The position numbers were made by a program, and so were the translations under genes. 64,000 bases of DNA from Trichinella spiralis (Eukaryota). Shown here piece by piece: positions 13,601 to 27,500 of the stretch; positions within the stretch are counted from its first letter, which is position 1; each line of letters opens with the position of its first letter. The notes below the pieces were generated by a model. It saw nothing but the letters and a program-made list of their open reading frames with translations. It had not been told where the DNA came from and searched no databases. The stretch is taken from assembly GCF_000181795.1 (NCBI RefSeq), contig NW_003526947.1:478422-542421 (forward strand), given 5' to 3'.

Positions 13601-16600
13601 AAAGGCAAACGGCGAAATTCTTGTGAAATGATCAACACACATTTTTTGCAGAATTATTTACAAATATTTAATGATTGAAAATTTTTTTGCTAAGATCAGC
13701 TAATAAGAGTATAGTATTGCTTGATAAAATAAACAAAACAAAATAATCTGATTTTGATTAACATCTGCCAAGTGGAAAAAGTTAGCGCGGAAAGTTGTAG
13801 AAATAATAATATTCATTAAAATGTATGGATGTATTTATTGAATAGTTTTTATTACAATGTGTTGTTATAACTGTCCAAAATTTTCTGATCATCTGAGACG
13901 TAATGATCGAACGGGCCACTCTTATAGGGTGGTCAAACAAGAAGCAGTTTGCAGCAACAGACGGCAGTCGTTTCTAAATACCCCCTTTGGAATAGCTATG
14001 CCGTCTAGAAACGTTTGAAAATTCTCTTGGGATATGTTGGCCTGCGTAGAAGCAGTGAATTCAAGCCAAGCAGATAATTATTTTATCTTGGATTTTGAAG
14101 CACTGCCTGCCTGTCTGTCTGTCTGTCTGTCTATTTTAAAACTTCAGCTTTATTGCAACTGAACATAAACAACAATTATTATTTATAATACTAATTTTAG
14201 AAATAAATTTGCTAAATTAGAGTTTATTTGCTAAAATTGCATTTTCCGATTCGATTCTGTTCATAATTGATCTTTCTGTTTTGATGTATCAGTTGATTAA
14301 TTAATTTTTAACCGATGAATAATGAATAAAATTTGTGATTATTCAATCAGGCGTTAAATATACAGTATCATCATTAATAAAATAAAAGAAAAATTAGTTC
14401 TTATAATGAAATGCTCCATGTTTTTCAATCGATTCTGTATAAGATTAATTTGAAAATATTTGAAATTGATCAATGTAGAAATTGTCAAGTTTTCTTGCCA
14501 ATAAAAGCAAGTAATTATAATATGCATAAGGATTTAGAATTATTTCTTAAACGCATCATTCCAGTATGGTAATGATAATAATTTGTGTATATCAAAGTTA
14601 TATTTTGTGAAACATTGTTGTTTCATTAGTTATTTAAAAAATTTTATTTTGTTATACTTTTTACATCCTGAAATGGAATGATAATTGAATTTAACAGGCA
14701 GATTAATCGACAAGGCAAGAATGTTACAATTATGAAAAGAATAACCACATATTTAACTATTTTTTTAAATTTCATACATGTAAATATATATTTTCCATGC
14801 ATGTAAATATAATCAAAATAATGCGGCCGTGAAAAGCTGAACTGCAATTACAATTGATTTATTGTAATATTATTATGCACACGTTCGTTGGTTGTTTTGA
14901 ACAATTATTTCGAATAATAATGATAATAATAATAATAATAATTCAACTTCATCATAAGCATTTATTTTTTATTTTTCATACTACATCTTCATCAAGTGCT
15001 GAAAATAAAAAAAGGGGAAATAGAAATTAATTTTATTACCAGTGTCCATAAATGTTTGCTTTATTGTTTTATTAGAGAAGAACATCGTTGATAAATAATA
15101 CTTGCTTTTTTTAAAAAATAACAAACGATGTGCTGCTTTATTTATTGACATCGGCAGCAGGAGGCATTTATTGAAAAAGTTGGCTCGAAAAATAAAACTG
15201 TTATCTTTTTATTTATTAGAACTGCTACTGCTTTTTATTATTATTCTAAACTGCTCTGTTTTGATCAATGTTAAGAATAAATTGTTTTCTTGAAGCACAT
15301 ACGAAGGAAATCTGTTTTAATGCCATCAAATTGCTCGTATTCTGAAGTGCAGCTGACCGATGATTAGAAGCTCATGATTTCACAAAAAATATCATAAATT
15401 TACCAATTCGATCAGGAAAAAATTTACTAAACAATAAAATCAATTTTATGCAATGTAAATTTTATACTTATCAGTTTCAAACCTTCGTATTGTTAAATGA
15501 ACCCATGTGTAAATTATCTTCTTTTATTATTGCAAAACATTTATTTAAATTTATTTATTTATTTATTAATGCTATTAATGCTTTCATGAATATAATTAAA
15601 ACTTATAAAAAAACAAAGTAATTTCATGCAAAAATTATCATCACCAAACAAAAATTAAACTACTAATTCCTTCCTGAACAGATCCTGAGGGATTCTATAA
15701 AAGATTTGCATTTGAAATTAAATGTTAAATTCTTGCATTTCTGTTTCGTTCAAAAGAATTTGAATGCTGCAATGCATGCAAGTATTACTGAAGCATACTT
15801 TTAAAGAATTCATAATTTTGTCTAATTCTTTTTTGCAGAATGCTATTGTTCTTCATATGTTTCAGTTACAATCACAGTTATCTCTTTGATCATAGCATCT
15901 GGATCCAAGCAACGCAAAAATGATACTCACATGTGTTATCACAAAAAATATACTTATTTTTTAAATAATATAATGGATTATAAGAAAATACTTGAATCCG
16001 AGTTTACTGAATTCGCTTCTTGTTCATCATTTACAATGTGCATCAACCATTATACCTCAGATGAAAATATTAATGAAACGTATTAATGTTGCATTGTTTT
16101 GTTACTGTAAAACCTTGAGCAGTGTTTTTAAAATGATATATTTCTATTTTATTCACTTTAACTGTTTGTTTGAAGGATTTCTTGTATGTTTTCTTTCATT
16201 AGCTTGTGACCAAAGCAAACAACACAAACAGTACTTATTATAGCATTCAGCGTAAAAGATTAAAATTCAAATTTGTTCAAGTCAAATCAAATAAACTCTG
16301 CTGTTTTGTCATAAATCAACTGTTACTTATGGTTCATTTATGGATACAGTTTTAATCTACAACAAATTCTTTTTTTATCCAAACATTAAATTTTCTTATA
16401 TTTCAAAATTAGCAATAAAAATTATTATTCAAAAAGAAAAGCACATTCAGCTTGCACGAGTGAGCGAAATTCAAATTAACGTTACTGTTTAATTTATCTG
16501 CATAATTATCTGCTTTGTCTGAATTGATGACATCAGGAACTTTATTATTTGTTCGTGCATGTTGCACAAAACGAAAAGTATATGAGCATTGTTATGTGAA

Positions 16601-18546
16601 ATTGATTTCAAAACAGAAAAATGATGTTGCTTTGAAATTACATCTATCTAATGTGAATTGCAAAAAAAAAATTGAAAATTACTAATAAAAGAAGAGAAAA
16701 GGCAAAACCACATTTCAACGTAAGCTTCAATTTACATAAAATGAGCAAATAATTTCAACCAGAAGCATCAAATTGAAAAGCTTTTTTTCTATTTTCAACA
16801 ATGAATCATGTTTCCTGATCTTTTCATGCAAACTACAAAAAAAAAGAAAGAGAATAATAAAGATAATTTTTATTGTGACTATTTCAATAGTTGCAAGCAA
16901 TATATCATTTGCAGGCTTTCAGCGTGATGGTTTTTTTTATGGGATACGTAGTTCTCACTTAAAAAATACGTCAAAATAAACACCATGTTGTTCTTTTTAT
17001 AATTTTTTTTGATGTTATAAGTTTATGGTTTTTATTTTTCAATCTTGAATGGAAATGTATTTTTTGAATTCAAGTGGAAAAGAATAAGAAAAAAAGCAAA
17101 AATTGTTGTTGAGTTGAAATGGAAATATGTTCAAAGATTAGATGTAGTGTAATTTTTTGCGTGTATGCATTTATTAACAATTATTTACGCATACATCCAT
17201 ACATATATGTTCTAAATAAGAAGAAGAAAAAGAAGTGAAATTTTAAACGTACGTGTGCGCACGTTTGTGCATAAATTGAAGTTCAGAAATGCAGTTCATG
17301 TCATAAATTTATTTTATAGTTCTAAATTGTTTGAAATCATTTTCTCAAGCAGGCTATTTTCTTCCTCAAACTATCGCTCTCAGCAAGCGATCAAGGCGGG
17401 GTACTCAATTTTTACTGCCATCAATCCAAACGACCTTTGCATAATGCTAACAATGCTCATTAAAATACATCAACCAACTTCCACAAATGATATGTTTGTG
17501 CTAGCAGAATGCAATAATAATTCTGTTTCCTTCCATCAGAACTGGCTGAACCGTTTTCTCATAAATAAATGATATTGTTAAGAATGGCTGGTATTATTTT
17601 CTTCAAATGCTTGCATTTTCTCATTAAAATTTGCAGCAGTATTGATTTACCACTTTTATATTACCAAAATAGTAGAAGTTAATGAACGAAAAGAAATCAA
17701 GCCCAAACAAAGCGAAACATTTCCACTTTACACGTAGCTTTAATAAAACAATAATTAAACAGTTTGAGTCTAGTATTTGATAGTATTTAATAAATTTATC
17801 CAAAGAAAATATTATATTTTATTAGTTGTAAAAAGAATTGCTTTATAACAGTTATATTGTCAGTTGGTTAACAGTGATGATTGTTGAAAATATTTACAAC
17901 TGTGAATATGTTGAATGTGTTTTGTTAAATGAAAATCAAATTGCAATAATTTTCATGTAGAAAAAGAATCGTTTGCAGACTGGAGTTGGGTTTACGGCGC
18001 CGGCGGCAACTCGTAAATCAGTTACAGGGTAGCAGGGTCGATTTTGACTGGTCATTGGCGATTATTCATATTCATATTATTTATTATAAGCAGCTAGCTT
18101 TACTCTGGTTTTTATTTTGTTTGGCAGCGATCATTGATATTTCCAATTGGCAGGCAGGCAGGCAGGCAAAATTACAGTACACACACGGTCAAGCGGTACT
18201 GGTGTCGTTGATTATGGATAATGTCACGCGAAACGACCGAGATTGACGCTCAGATAAAAGGACGCACTTCAAAGGGCCGTGCCGTCCTGAGTTGGCTATT
18301 GGCAGCTTCAATGACCGCCACCAGCAGGCGCTGTGCACTTTCAACCAGACGATCGCTTTTGCTAGCGCGTCAAAGTGTGATCGCTGAGCAGTGTTTCTTC
18401 GTTCATTAATAAGATTGGAGTTAAAAGCTGGCATCATCATCATCGTCGTCGTCATTTTTAATAATTGTCTGTCATCACCGAATATTATTTTTTTGTTGAT
18501 TGAAAACTTTTTCTTCGAAGAAAAATTTCTATTTGGAAAAAAGCCA

Positions 18547-21500
18547 ATGAAAAAGCTATATTGCTTCTTAATTATTGTAATTTGTAATTTGTCAATTTGT
18601 ACAATGTCAGCATTTCGATCTTGTGAACGAATAATGGTTCCATTATGCAAAGATATGCCGTACAATTTGACACGTTTACCAAATTTGATGGGCGATACGG
18701 ATCAAAATTCTGTTGCACAATCGTTGCTGGATTTTGAACCTCTTGTAAATATCAAATGTTCTAAAAATCTTCGATTTTTTCTTTGTTCCGTTTTTACACC
18801 GATGTGCACGGAAGCAATGGACGAACCGATCACTTCTTGTCGTTCGGTTTGTCAGGAAGTGGAACGTAGTTGCGCTCCATTGTTGAGCAATTTTGGCCTA
18901 GCCTGGCCGGCATTGTTGAATTGTAGTCAATTTCCCGCTCAAAATAGCGAACCACCATGTATGGATCCATCTCCATCGAAACAAAAAGAAGACACTTTGC
19001 GTAAAGGTGAGTAGACAGAAATGAATATAATTTTCACTTTCACCTTTTTCTTTTTCTTTTTTTAATATTACTTCTTCAACATCTACTTCCCAGTACACGC
19101 ATGCTTAATCTCTTGAGAGCTGTGTCATTGATTTTTGTCATCCGTTTTTCACCGAAGCTTAGCAATACTATAAGTATTAGCATTAGTAATAGTGATAGTA
19201 GTAGCAGCAGCAGCAGCAGCAGCAGCAAAAGCAGTAGTAGTAGTAATAAATTGAAGACGCAAGCTAACAATAAAATGTTCAACAGAATATTATTATTGAC
19301 CCAGTGGAAAATGTGATCACTGTTTTGACCATGCTTTACGACGTTTCTAATTTGACCCCTGGAATTGCCCTGTTGTCAAAATGATACATTGGCCGAGTTC
19401 GCTTTTACAACTTTTCTTTTTCTTTGCTCTTGTTGTTGTAGCTTTCTTAAATTTTATTTTTAGCTGTTTACAATTTTCAAAAGTTTTATTTGTTTATACA
19501 AACAAATAAGCAAACAAAAAAAACCACTACAACATATGACAATGTTTCGAAATCAAAATTCCAAATATAATCTACTGTTATTGTTATTTTTTAATCATTT
19601 TTTCGTTTTTTTAATAAAATATTTAACAATTAAAATTTAAATAGTGATTTACAGTAGTGTTGATAGGTTGAGATATTCTGCAAATAGAAAAATATAAAAA
19701 TTGTTTATGATAAATTCATTGGGCACATCTGGTTGGTCGAATTATTGTTCAACTGTACTATTTTTCTAATGGATACCACAGCTACTGTATGGAGATTTTT
19801 TTAAATTTTCTTTCTCTCAACGACATAGACATTTTTTACACAATAGACAGAGTTGCAAACTTCATGGCATTTTATAGCACAATTTTTTCACTTGTCTTTT
19901 TTTTTTAAATTCCTTTGTATTTATTGTATAGTGGTTTGTAGTTTCATTGGTTGTTGTTGTTGTTGTTGTCAGTAATTGGCTAAGCATGTTAACGTACATC
20001 CATAACAAGCAAAGAAATCGTTTAGCAAAGCATGTCAGCACGCACGGCAAGGCGTTTTTCAAAAGTAGAACAATAAATATTGTGCACGATGATAATGATG
20101 ATGATAATGATAATAATAATAATAATGATGATGATGATGATAATGGGTTTAAATAAATTTTAAAAGTTCATCATGTCTGTATTTTTGTTATTTCCGTTTC
20201 GCTTAGTATTCATTTGTAAAGCGTGTTTACTGGTGGCAAATTCAGTTTTTTCCGTTTAAAACCTTTTAATTATATGTTTAAATGTTCAATTTGTTCAGAG
20301 CATGACACATTACGGGGCAATAAAATTGAAACCACTTGGCACCATAAAATGTTCATCAATAGAAACTTCACTTTTAATGGGTTTGCAAAATCAAAACTAA
20401 ATTTCTCTTTGAAACCTGTGAATTCCATCTAAAAAACATACATTTGTTAACAGTAAAAAAAGATTTACCGCTGTAACTTTCATTTCAAAATGAATTTCAG
20501 GTATTTATTTCAAAGAAGGCGCTTTTGTCAGGGAAAAAGGTGAACAGAGATTTATGATAGATAGGCAGTGAAGATTAGATAAAATTCATATTCATCTCTT
20601 CCTGACTTTAATTTTCATGTTGACCTAAGTTTTCAAGTGGCTGAAAATTTGAATAAAACGGTGTTATTCCAAACGGCAATTATCATTTAATTTAAAAATG
20701 TTTTTTTTGGCTTTATTTCTCAAAAATTCAATTATAACTGAATATGTCATAAAAAGTGTAATTTATGAATATATATTAATGTATACATATATAAAAGAGA
20801 ATTTGCAAATCATGTATATTGATGTAAAAGTAATCTTCTTTTCTCATGGAACAAAAATTAGAGCGATATAAAGTGAATACAGAAATAATTTTAAAATATT
20901 TTTACGTTACGATTTACTGTCGACTGTATGATATTCATTTAAAGTTGAGAATTCTTTCATATTTTCATATGTATAAATTAATATATCTATCATACTATGG
21001 CGAATTGTTTCAGTTATAGTTTCTTGCTAGAAAACAACTTATTGTAGTATTATTATAAAAATTCATCTCAGAAATCTTAGACAATATTGTTCTGTTAATT
21101 TTGCGTGAACAGATTAATTTTTAACCTCATGTTGGATGTGCCAAAGTAAATATTATATAAAAGGTAAACCCTCAACTGTAGTGTTAAGGTCATGCTATTT
21201 GCAAACAGTTTTATCTGATGAGAGATGATAAATATTTTCTGAAATCAGGATTAAGCCCTTGTTAATAGAAGCGAACAAATGTTATAGTTTGAAAATTAAA
21301 ACAGGCCATTTATTTGCCTCAGCTAAGATTATCATAAGTCGATTAGTATTATCTATCATATTATTGTTTTATCAGTCGAGGTTTGATTTAAAAAAAGTTA
21401 TAGGAAGATTGATCAAAATAATAAAAATAAAAAATTTAGGAAAAATGCATAAGCTAATATTTATGCGTGTGCAATAATAACTGAAGAACTGTTTATTGAT

Positions 21501-24500
21501 TTTGAATGCATTATTAGATCGTATAATTAATTTTTTTGAATTGAAAGTTTATCATTAAGACAAAAGCATATTTACAATTAATATATGGATATTTATTTAT
21601 TTAATTTTATATTGTTTAAAGTATATGTTAATAATTTATTGATTTAACATTACAGAATTGCACCTGAAAAGATAGCTGGATTATTTATTGATTCAGTTTT
21701 GTGATTATTCAGCTGAAACAAATATTAAAGTATGCGTTAAACATAAATCTTCATTATCATGTATGTGTGTGTGTGTGTGTGCTGTTAGTGTAGAAATCAG
21801 GAGGCACAGAAATGTCCGTATTTCATGGAGCAATTAGTACATCATGGTAGAGGTGACATAGTGTCCTGCTTTTGTAGTGCCTAATTTGCGGCTCATTTCT
21901 TCTATATGGGAAGAAACCTGTTAAAAACGTGACTATGAAAAGAAATCACTTTCTATTGGCCATTATAATTGGAATTTTCATTTGAAAAGAAATGATGACT
22001 AAGTTAACGGTCCATCTTTTTCAATATTTGCTAAATAACGACTGCCTTGAAGCGTTATTTTTGTTGAACTTGTTGAAATTTCATACAAAACAGTTTAAAC
22101 TAAAATAGCATTTTTCTCTTTCCACTGGCACTTTCTATTGAGCGGCATTTTCTAATGACATTATATGCTAAATTTATTGATACCAAAGTTCAAATATTTA
22201 TGAGCTGGTTTAGGTTAACGATTTCAATAAAAACTATTTTAACGATGAAGTCAACATTATTTTTATGTTTCTATTTTCATGTATTTATTTGTTTTACTAG
22301 TGGTTTATATTATCATTGATTACGAATTTTGGATGTTTTACAAGATTGGTAAAAAAAAGGAAAATTAATTTTCGTCAGTTATTAGGCTGGCAAAGGGTGA
22401 TTTGTTAGCAATTTTGATAGAACAATTTCGGTTGGTTAGTCGTGTTGAAAGCATGAATAGCATTGTATTTCTCATCTTAGTGAGATATTTTTTTTGTTGT
22501 TGCGCATCCCTATGGGAGTGCCATAACGTGATATCAGAATTAAGAAAACTCGCCACAAACTGATGCGCCAGATGAACCAGAAACATTAAAAATTGGTATT
22601 CCTTGCCGTGCCAATTCAACCAGAATTTGCACATGTCAAGGATAAATGAAAAATGAAAGAATATCAAAAGCTGTACAACAACCATATATATATATTCCTT
22701 CGATATAACCATGATCCGCAGAAAGAGTACGGAAAAAAAACAAAAACCAAAAAAAATCCCAATGTATCATATAGCGTTGTTTTAACTTTGTAGAATTTTG
22801 AAATTAATTCAATAAACACTTTTCTTACCAAAATAAATTTTTATAGATAAAGCGTAAAGAAAACCAAAGAAAAAAAATACGATATATATATTTATGTATA
22901 TGTAAATTTTCTTGCCTGTTTTATTTAAGCTTTTATGTAAAAATGTGTTTGTTATATAAAAGCGGTTAGTTCTTTGATTATGCTATCGCGTGGGCGTTGT
23001 CAGCACGGCTCATTGATGACAGAAGGAAGACAGAGCTGAATTGTCGTCGTTTATTGGAAAAAAGAATTCGCTTTCGGCATCACTGGCGACGCTTTAAAGT
23101 AAATTCTGAAAAAGTAAACCCGGGCGTGGCAAGTTGTTTATTTCATTTTACTTATTCAGTCGGTTAAGATCAAAGCAGTCGACATAGCAACACACGCACA
23201 AAGCCAAAATAATAATAAGAATGATATATATATATATATAGCATGCATGTTTAGCTGGTGTTTTCTAAAGTGCGTTACGCAAAAAGAAGCTTACCACATT
23301 AACTTGAAAAATAAAAATATTTTAATAATATTTTCTTTCTGTTATTTATTTATTTATTTATTTTTACGTTGAAAATGTAGATATTGATTTTTTTCGTCAA
23401 ATGTGTTGTTATGCGCATTTATATGCCGAGGGAAATGATGCCTTGAGATTTTGTGTCATTAAAAGTGAACTAGCATATAGTGTGCACTTAAGGCTACTAT
23501 GAAACCAGTGATCAGCTGATGATTGTCAGAACTTGAGAACTTTTTTAGAGGTCAATCTTTTAGCACATTTTTGCAGCTTACTTGAATTGAAGCTTTTCCA
23601 TTAAACCGTTATGATTTTTCCTCAACGACAATAATAGCAAAATTAACTTCATCAAATCTATCTTGCGTACTTTTATCATTGTTAATCTTATGAAATAAAT
23701 GTTTTTTTTCTTCTCTTATTGATTTCATATGGTTTTTTATTTTATTTTTTTTAAAACTTCACATCAATTTATTTAGGTTATCAATAATAATATGGATAAG
23801 TTGAATAATAAGTTTTTTGTAAATGAAGGATTTCCATGGTATTTTACTTTCTTTTTTTTTGCAAATTGAGCTGTTTCACTTTACACAATTACTAAAAAAA
23901 ATAGGAACTTTTCTTTTTGCTTACTAAATATATTTTTGAAATATTCTTTTGAAAAGCTTTTGGGTATTTGCTTATTTTACAAAATCTTTTGTTGAAAATG
24001 TCTGGCTCCGCCCTGTTAATTTTTTAAAAATCATTCCAGTCCATAATTGTGCTTGTTTTAAAATACCAGAACATAAATTTTCTACAAAATGCAGATCAGC
24101 TTCATGCTATTAGTTTTAATGCAGCCGGGGATTGTTCCTAAAATGCTTTTAATTTTGGTTGAAGCAGTCAGTGTTTTATGGAAGCTTTATTTTGAAAGCT
24201 GCTCTTTTCAATTTGGGGCACTGAAATTTGCTTTCAAAACCAAATTGCATACTTTAGCGTCAAAATGTATTTACGAAATATGCAAATTTGCATTGTATTT
24301 AATTGAATTTTGAATTTTACGCTGTTGTTGTTGGAGTATATGTTGCATTTTTTAAAATTAGTTTGTCGTTTTTTGTTGCTAACAGTAGTAAAAATCGTGT
24401 TTTTTTGTTTAAATGGAATTTTTCTTCTACTGGAATTTGAATTAATATAAAGATACAGTTCTGTGGTAATAACTTTTCATGTGCTTTAATAAGCAGAGAA

Positions 24501-27500
24501 CAAACAATCAGTCATTCACTGATAATCAATGAAAGTGAATAATTTCTACATTCTTAACTCCTAAATGGAAGAATCAATATATATATATATATAACTTTAC
24601 GAAAAGCAAAACCGAAAGCGAATTTCTTTAAATTTTATTAAAAGTGGCTTCTCACAACGTTTGTTTGCTTGTTTGTTTGGTTGTTTTGTCATGAGAAATG
24701 CTGCATTTTATTATTCAGATGATGACAGGTGGAAAGAATATTATTGTCTGCTTAAACGACGAACTGTTTGCATGCTTTTATAAATTAGGCGGTTTTGTTT
24801 GCAACGATTGGCAGAAACCCGTTTCGGCAAAGGCCAAATTATCGTTTCAACACGAGCATACGTTTGTGAACTTTCATTTTTCATTTTTGAAAGAAAGAAA
24901 GAGGGGCTTTGAAAAATTTCTGCCACTGAAGGTAGCAGTTGCTATTGATTGGTATATATCGATGCTTTCTCTTGTACAACAAAAATCACAACATTCTTCT
25001 GACTCCAGTACACATCCATACTGTATTAATATTCAATCACTTCAAAGCAGAATTATTCAACAGCAAATTCTGTGAAAACGAAGCAAAATTTTTTAATTTA
25101 TAAAGAAAAAAATGTTTTTATTTTATTTATGATTTAGCCAATTATGAAATTTACATTGCTTTCTCGATAAATGTGCATTTGAAGCTGCTGCTTTGTTATA
25201 GAAATGCAACAAATTTATCGAATTCTCGATAATATAAACCTCAGTGCTTATCAAAAATGTTCAAACAATAACATTAAGCAACTATTGCTGTTGTTGTTGT
25301 TGTTATAAAAAATTTTGAAACGGATGAATTTCATCTCATAGTTGAAAAATTCAATTTACATTAATAAAGAGAAATATATTTAAATTTTCATTTTTATAAT
25401 TACAGTTGTTTGGTAACAAGGAAATGGTGTGTATAAATAAGGAAAAAAATTATTATTATGAGGAAATGAAAGCAGTTGAAGTTGCTGATGTTGAAATTCA
25501 AAAAAAATGTGGTTCTACACACAGATGTTGCACGGCTTGCAAAAGCATAAATCAATCTGCTGTGTCGTTAAATTTTTTTTTCATTTTTTTAAACAGAAAA
25601 AAACTTATACTACAACTTAAAAGTATGTTCGTGTTATTTATGCACGTTTCAGCATTAAGCGCTTTTCAAATTGCAGTTACAATTACAACAGGAACCAATC
25701 AGTCAGTAAATTATAACGTTTTTATTGTCGTTGCTGTTGAATTCGTTTAACTTTATATGCGTGCATGAAAATTTGAAAATTTCCCAATCCAATTTTCAAT
25801 TCTTCAATTTTGAATTTTACTGCATTACTGATTTACAGGCTTCAACATATTTTGCAACATTTCTCCCAACTTTGGAACAAAAGCGAACTATTTGATGTGC
25901 AATTTTGTTTCAAAAGCACCTTAAATCATAAAATTAAATATGCAACAATTTAATTTATCCTTTGTTAGATTTGCATTTCATTCTATATAATTTTCAACAT
26001 CGATTTCCACTGGCAACATGTATGTTTCCTTTGACATGTGGTTTCATAAATTGAATGCAGATGAATAACGTTCAGAAATTTAAATTGCAAATTATTGAAA
26101 ATGTAAACAATAAGCACTTGTTATCTTCTGAAGGAAAACATTCCTTTGGCTTGAGTTTTCGAAATTTTACCATTTAACTGTCTAGTGAATTAAAATGGAA
26201 ATTATTAAATTAAATGTAAATATGAATTGAATTTTTTGTATTTTCAGAAAAAACAAATTTTGTTCTATTACGTTATTATATAATTCCTTATTATAAGCAA
26301 TTCAACATGAAATATTCCGCTGTTGTTCTGATGTTAAACTGTATTTCCATATGAAACTTGTGCAGCTCGTAAGTGTAAAAAATTTTTTTTTAATGAATGA
26401 ATTATGATATTGGTTGTTTTATTTTATAATAAATTTGTCAATAATTATTAAAAAAAGATTCAGTTTCAATAAATCAGTGATAGTATGCAGCAGTTTACAA
26501 GTTAATTTTATTTAATTAAATCAAATTGCTCATATCTATTTTATGAACAATTTGCATTTCTTTGAAATTTTTATCTTTTTCAAGAATCTTGAAGCAAAGA
26601 AAAGCGTTTTGCTGTAGTAGTAGTAGTAGTAATAGTAATATTAGTAGTAGGCACATTATGTGACTGGTTCGAGTGATAAATAAATTTTCATACTATTTTT
26701 GGTTTTTCAAATTTTCATTTCATTTTATAGCATATAATTTAAAATAAAAAAAATATCAGCTGCGCAGTGTTTTTGGCATGTTGAAGCATAATTAGGTCCT
26801 TTGAATTTTGATAATATCCACCAGAGAGTAAAAAGCAACCAGTTTTGTTGTTAGTCGTTCTATTGCAGAGGGTTTGCAGTAGCATATTTGCTTCTTTATT
26901 GCTCATTTTTGGGTAATTTATTAGCGCGCATTTTCAGTAATCTTCTTGCTAACCAGTTCATTGTTGTTGAAAGCTTCACACAAGCGTCTGTCGTCAGTTG
27001 TTTGCTTGCAAGTTTTATTTCTTTTTGATCACAAAGTGCAAAGTTTTCTCTATTCTACTACTTGTTGTTTCTTCCATTTTCTGTTCAAACTGATTATATG
27101 CCAATCAAACTGCTCTTCAAAATTAAGCGAATTTAGCAATCAATATTCAAATTTTTCTATAAGAAAATTTCATATTTATTTATTTGATATTGAAATTTTA
27201 AAATTCCATTTTAGACTCTCGAACAAAGTTAAATTTGTCGAAACAAACATCTGCAATCGATAGAATGGCTCCTTCTTCAGAATTTCCAACTACAGCAGTA
27301 GCTGTTGCAGCTTCAATTTCATGTGGACCGCAATTTGTTCACATAGACCGTCACGAGATGCAATACCACAAGTGTGTATTGCGTTGCAATCAAGATTGGA
27401 TGTTTACCGAAGAGCAGAAAAATTTTGCTCAAGTTTGGATGGCAGTATGGGCAAGTGTTTGTTTCTTAAGTACCGGCTTTACGGTGATGACATTTTTGTT

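Noticed and set aside
18391..18546. N-terminal extension of the frizzled ORF
   Set aside because: GTG start is not expected in a eukaryote; ATG 18547 gives a proper signal peptide.
24001..24015. TCTGGCTCCGCCCTG resembling a hAT-type terminal inverted repeat
   Set aside because: No partner repeat or target-site duplication found.
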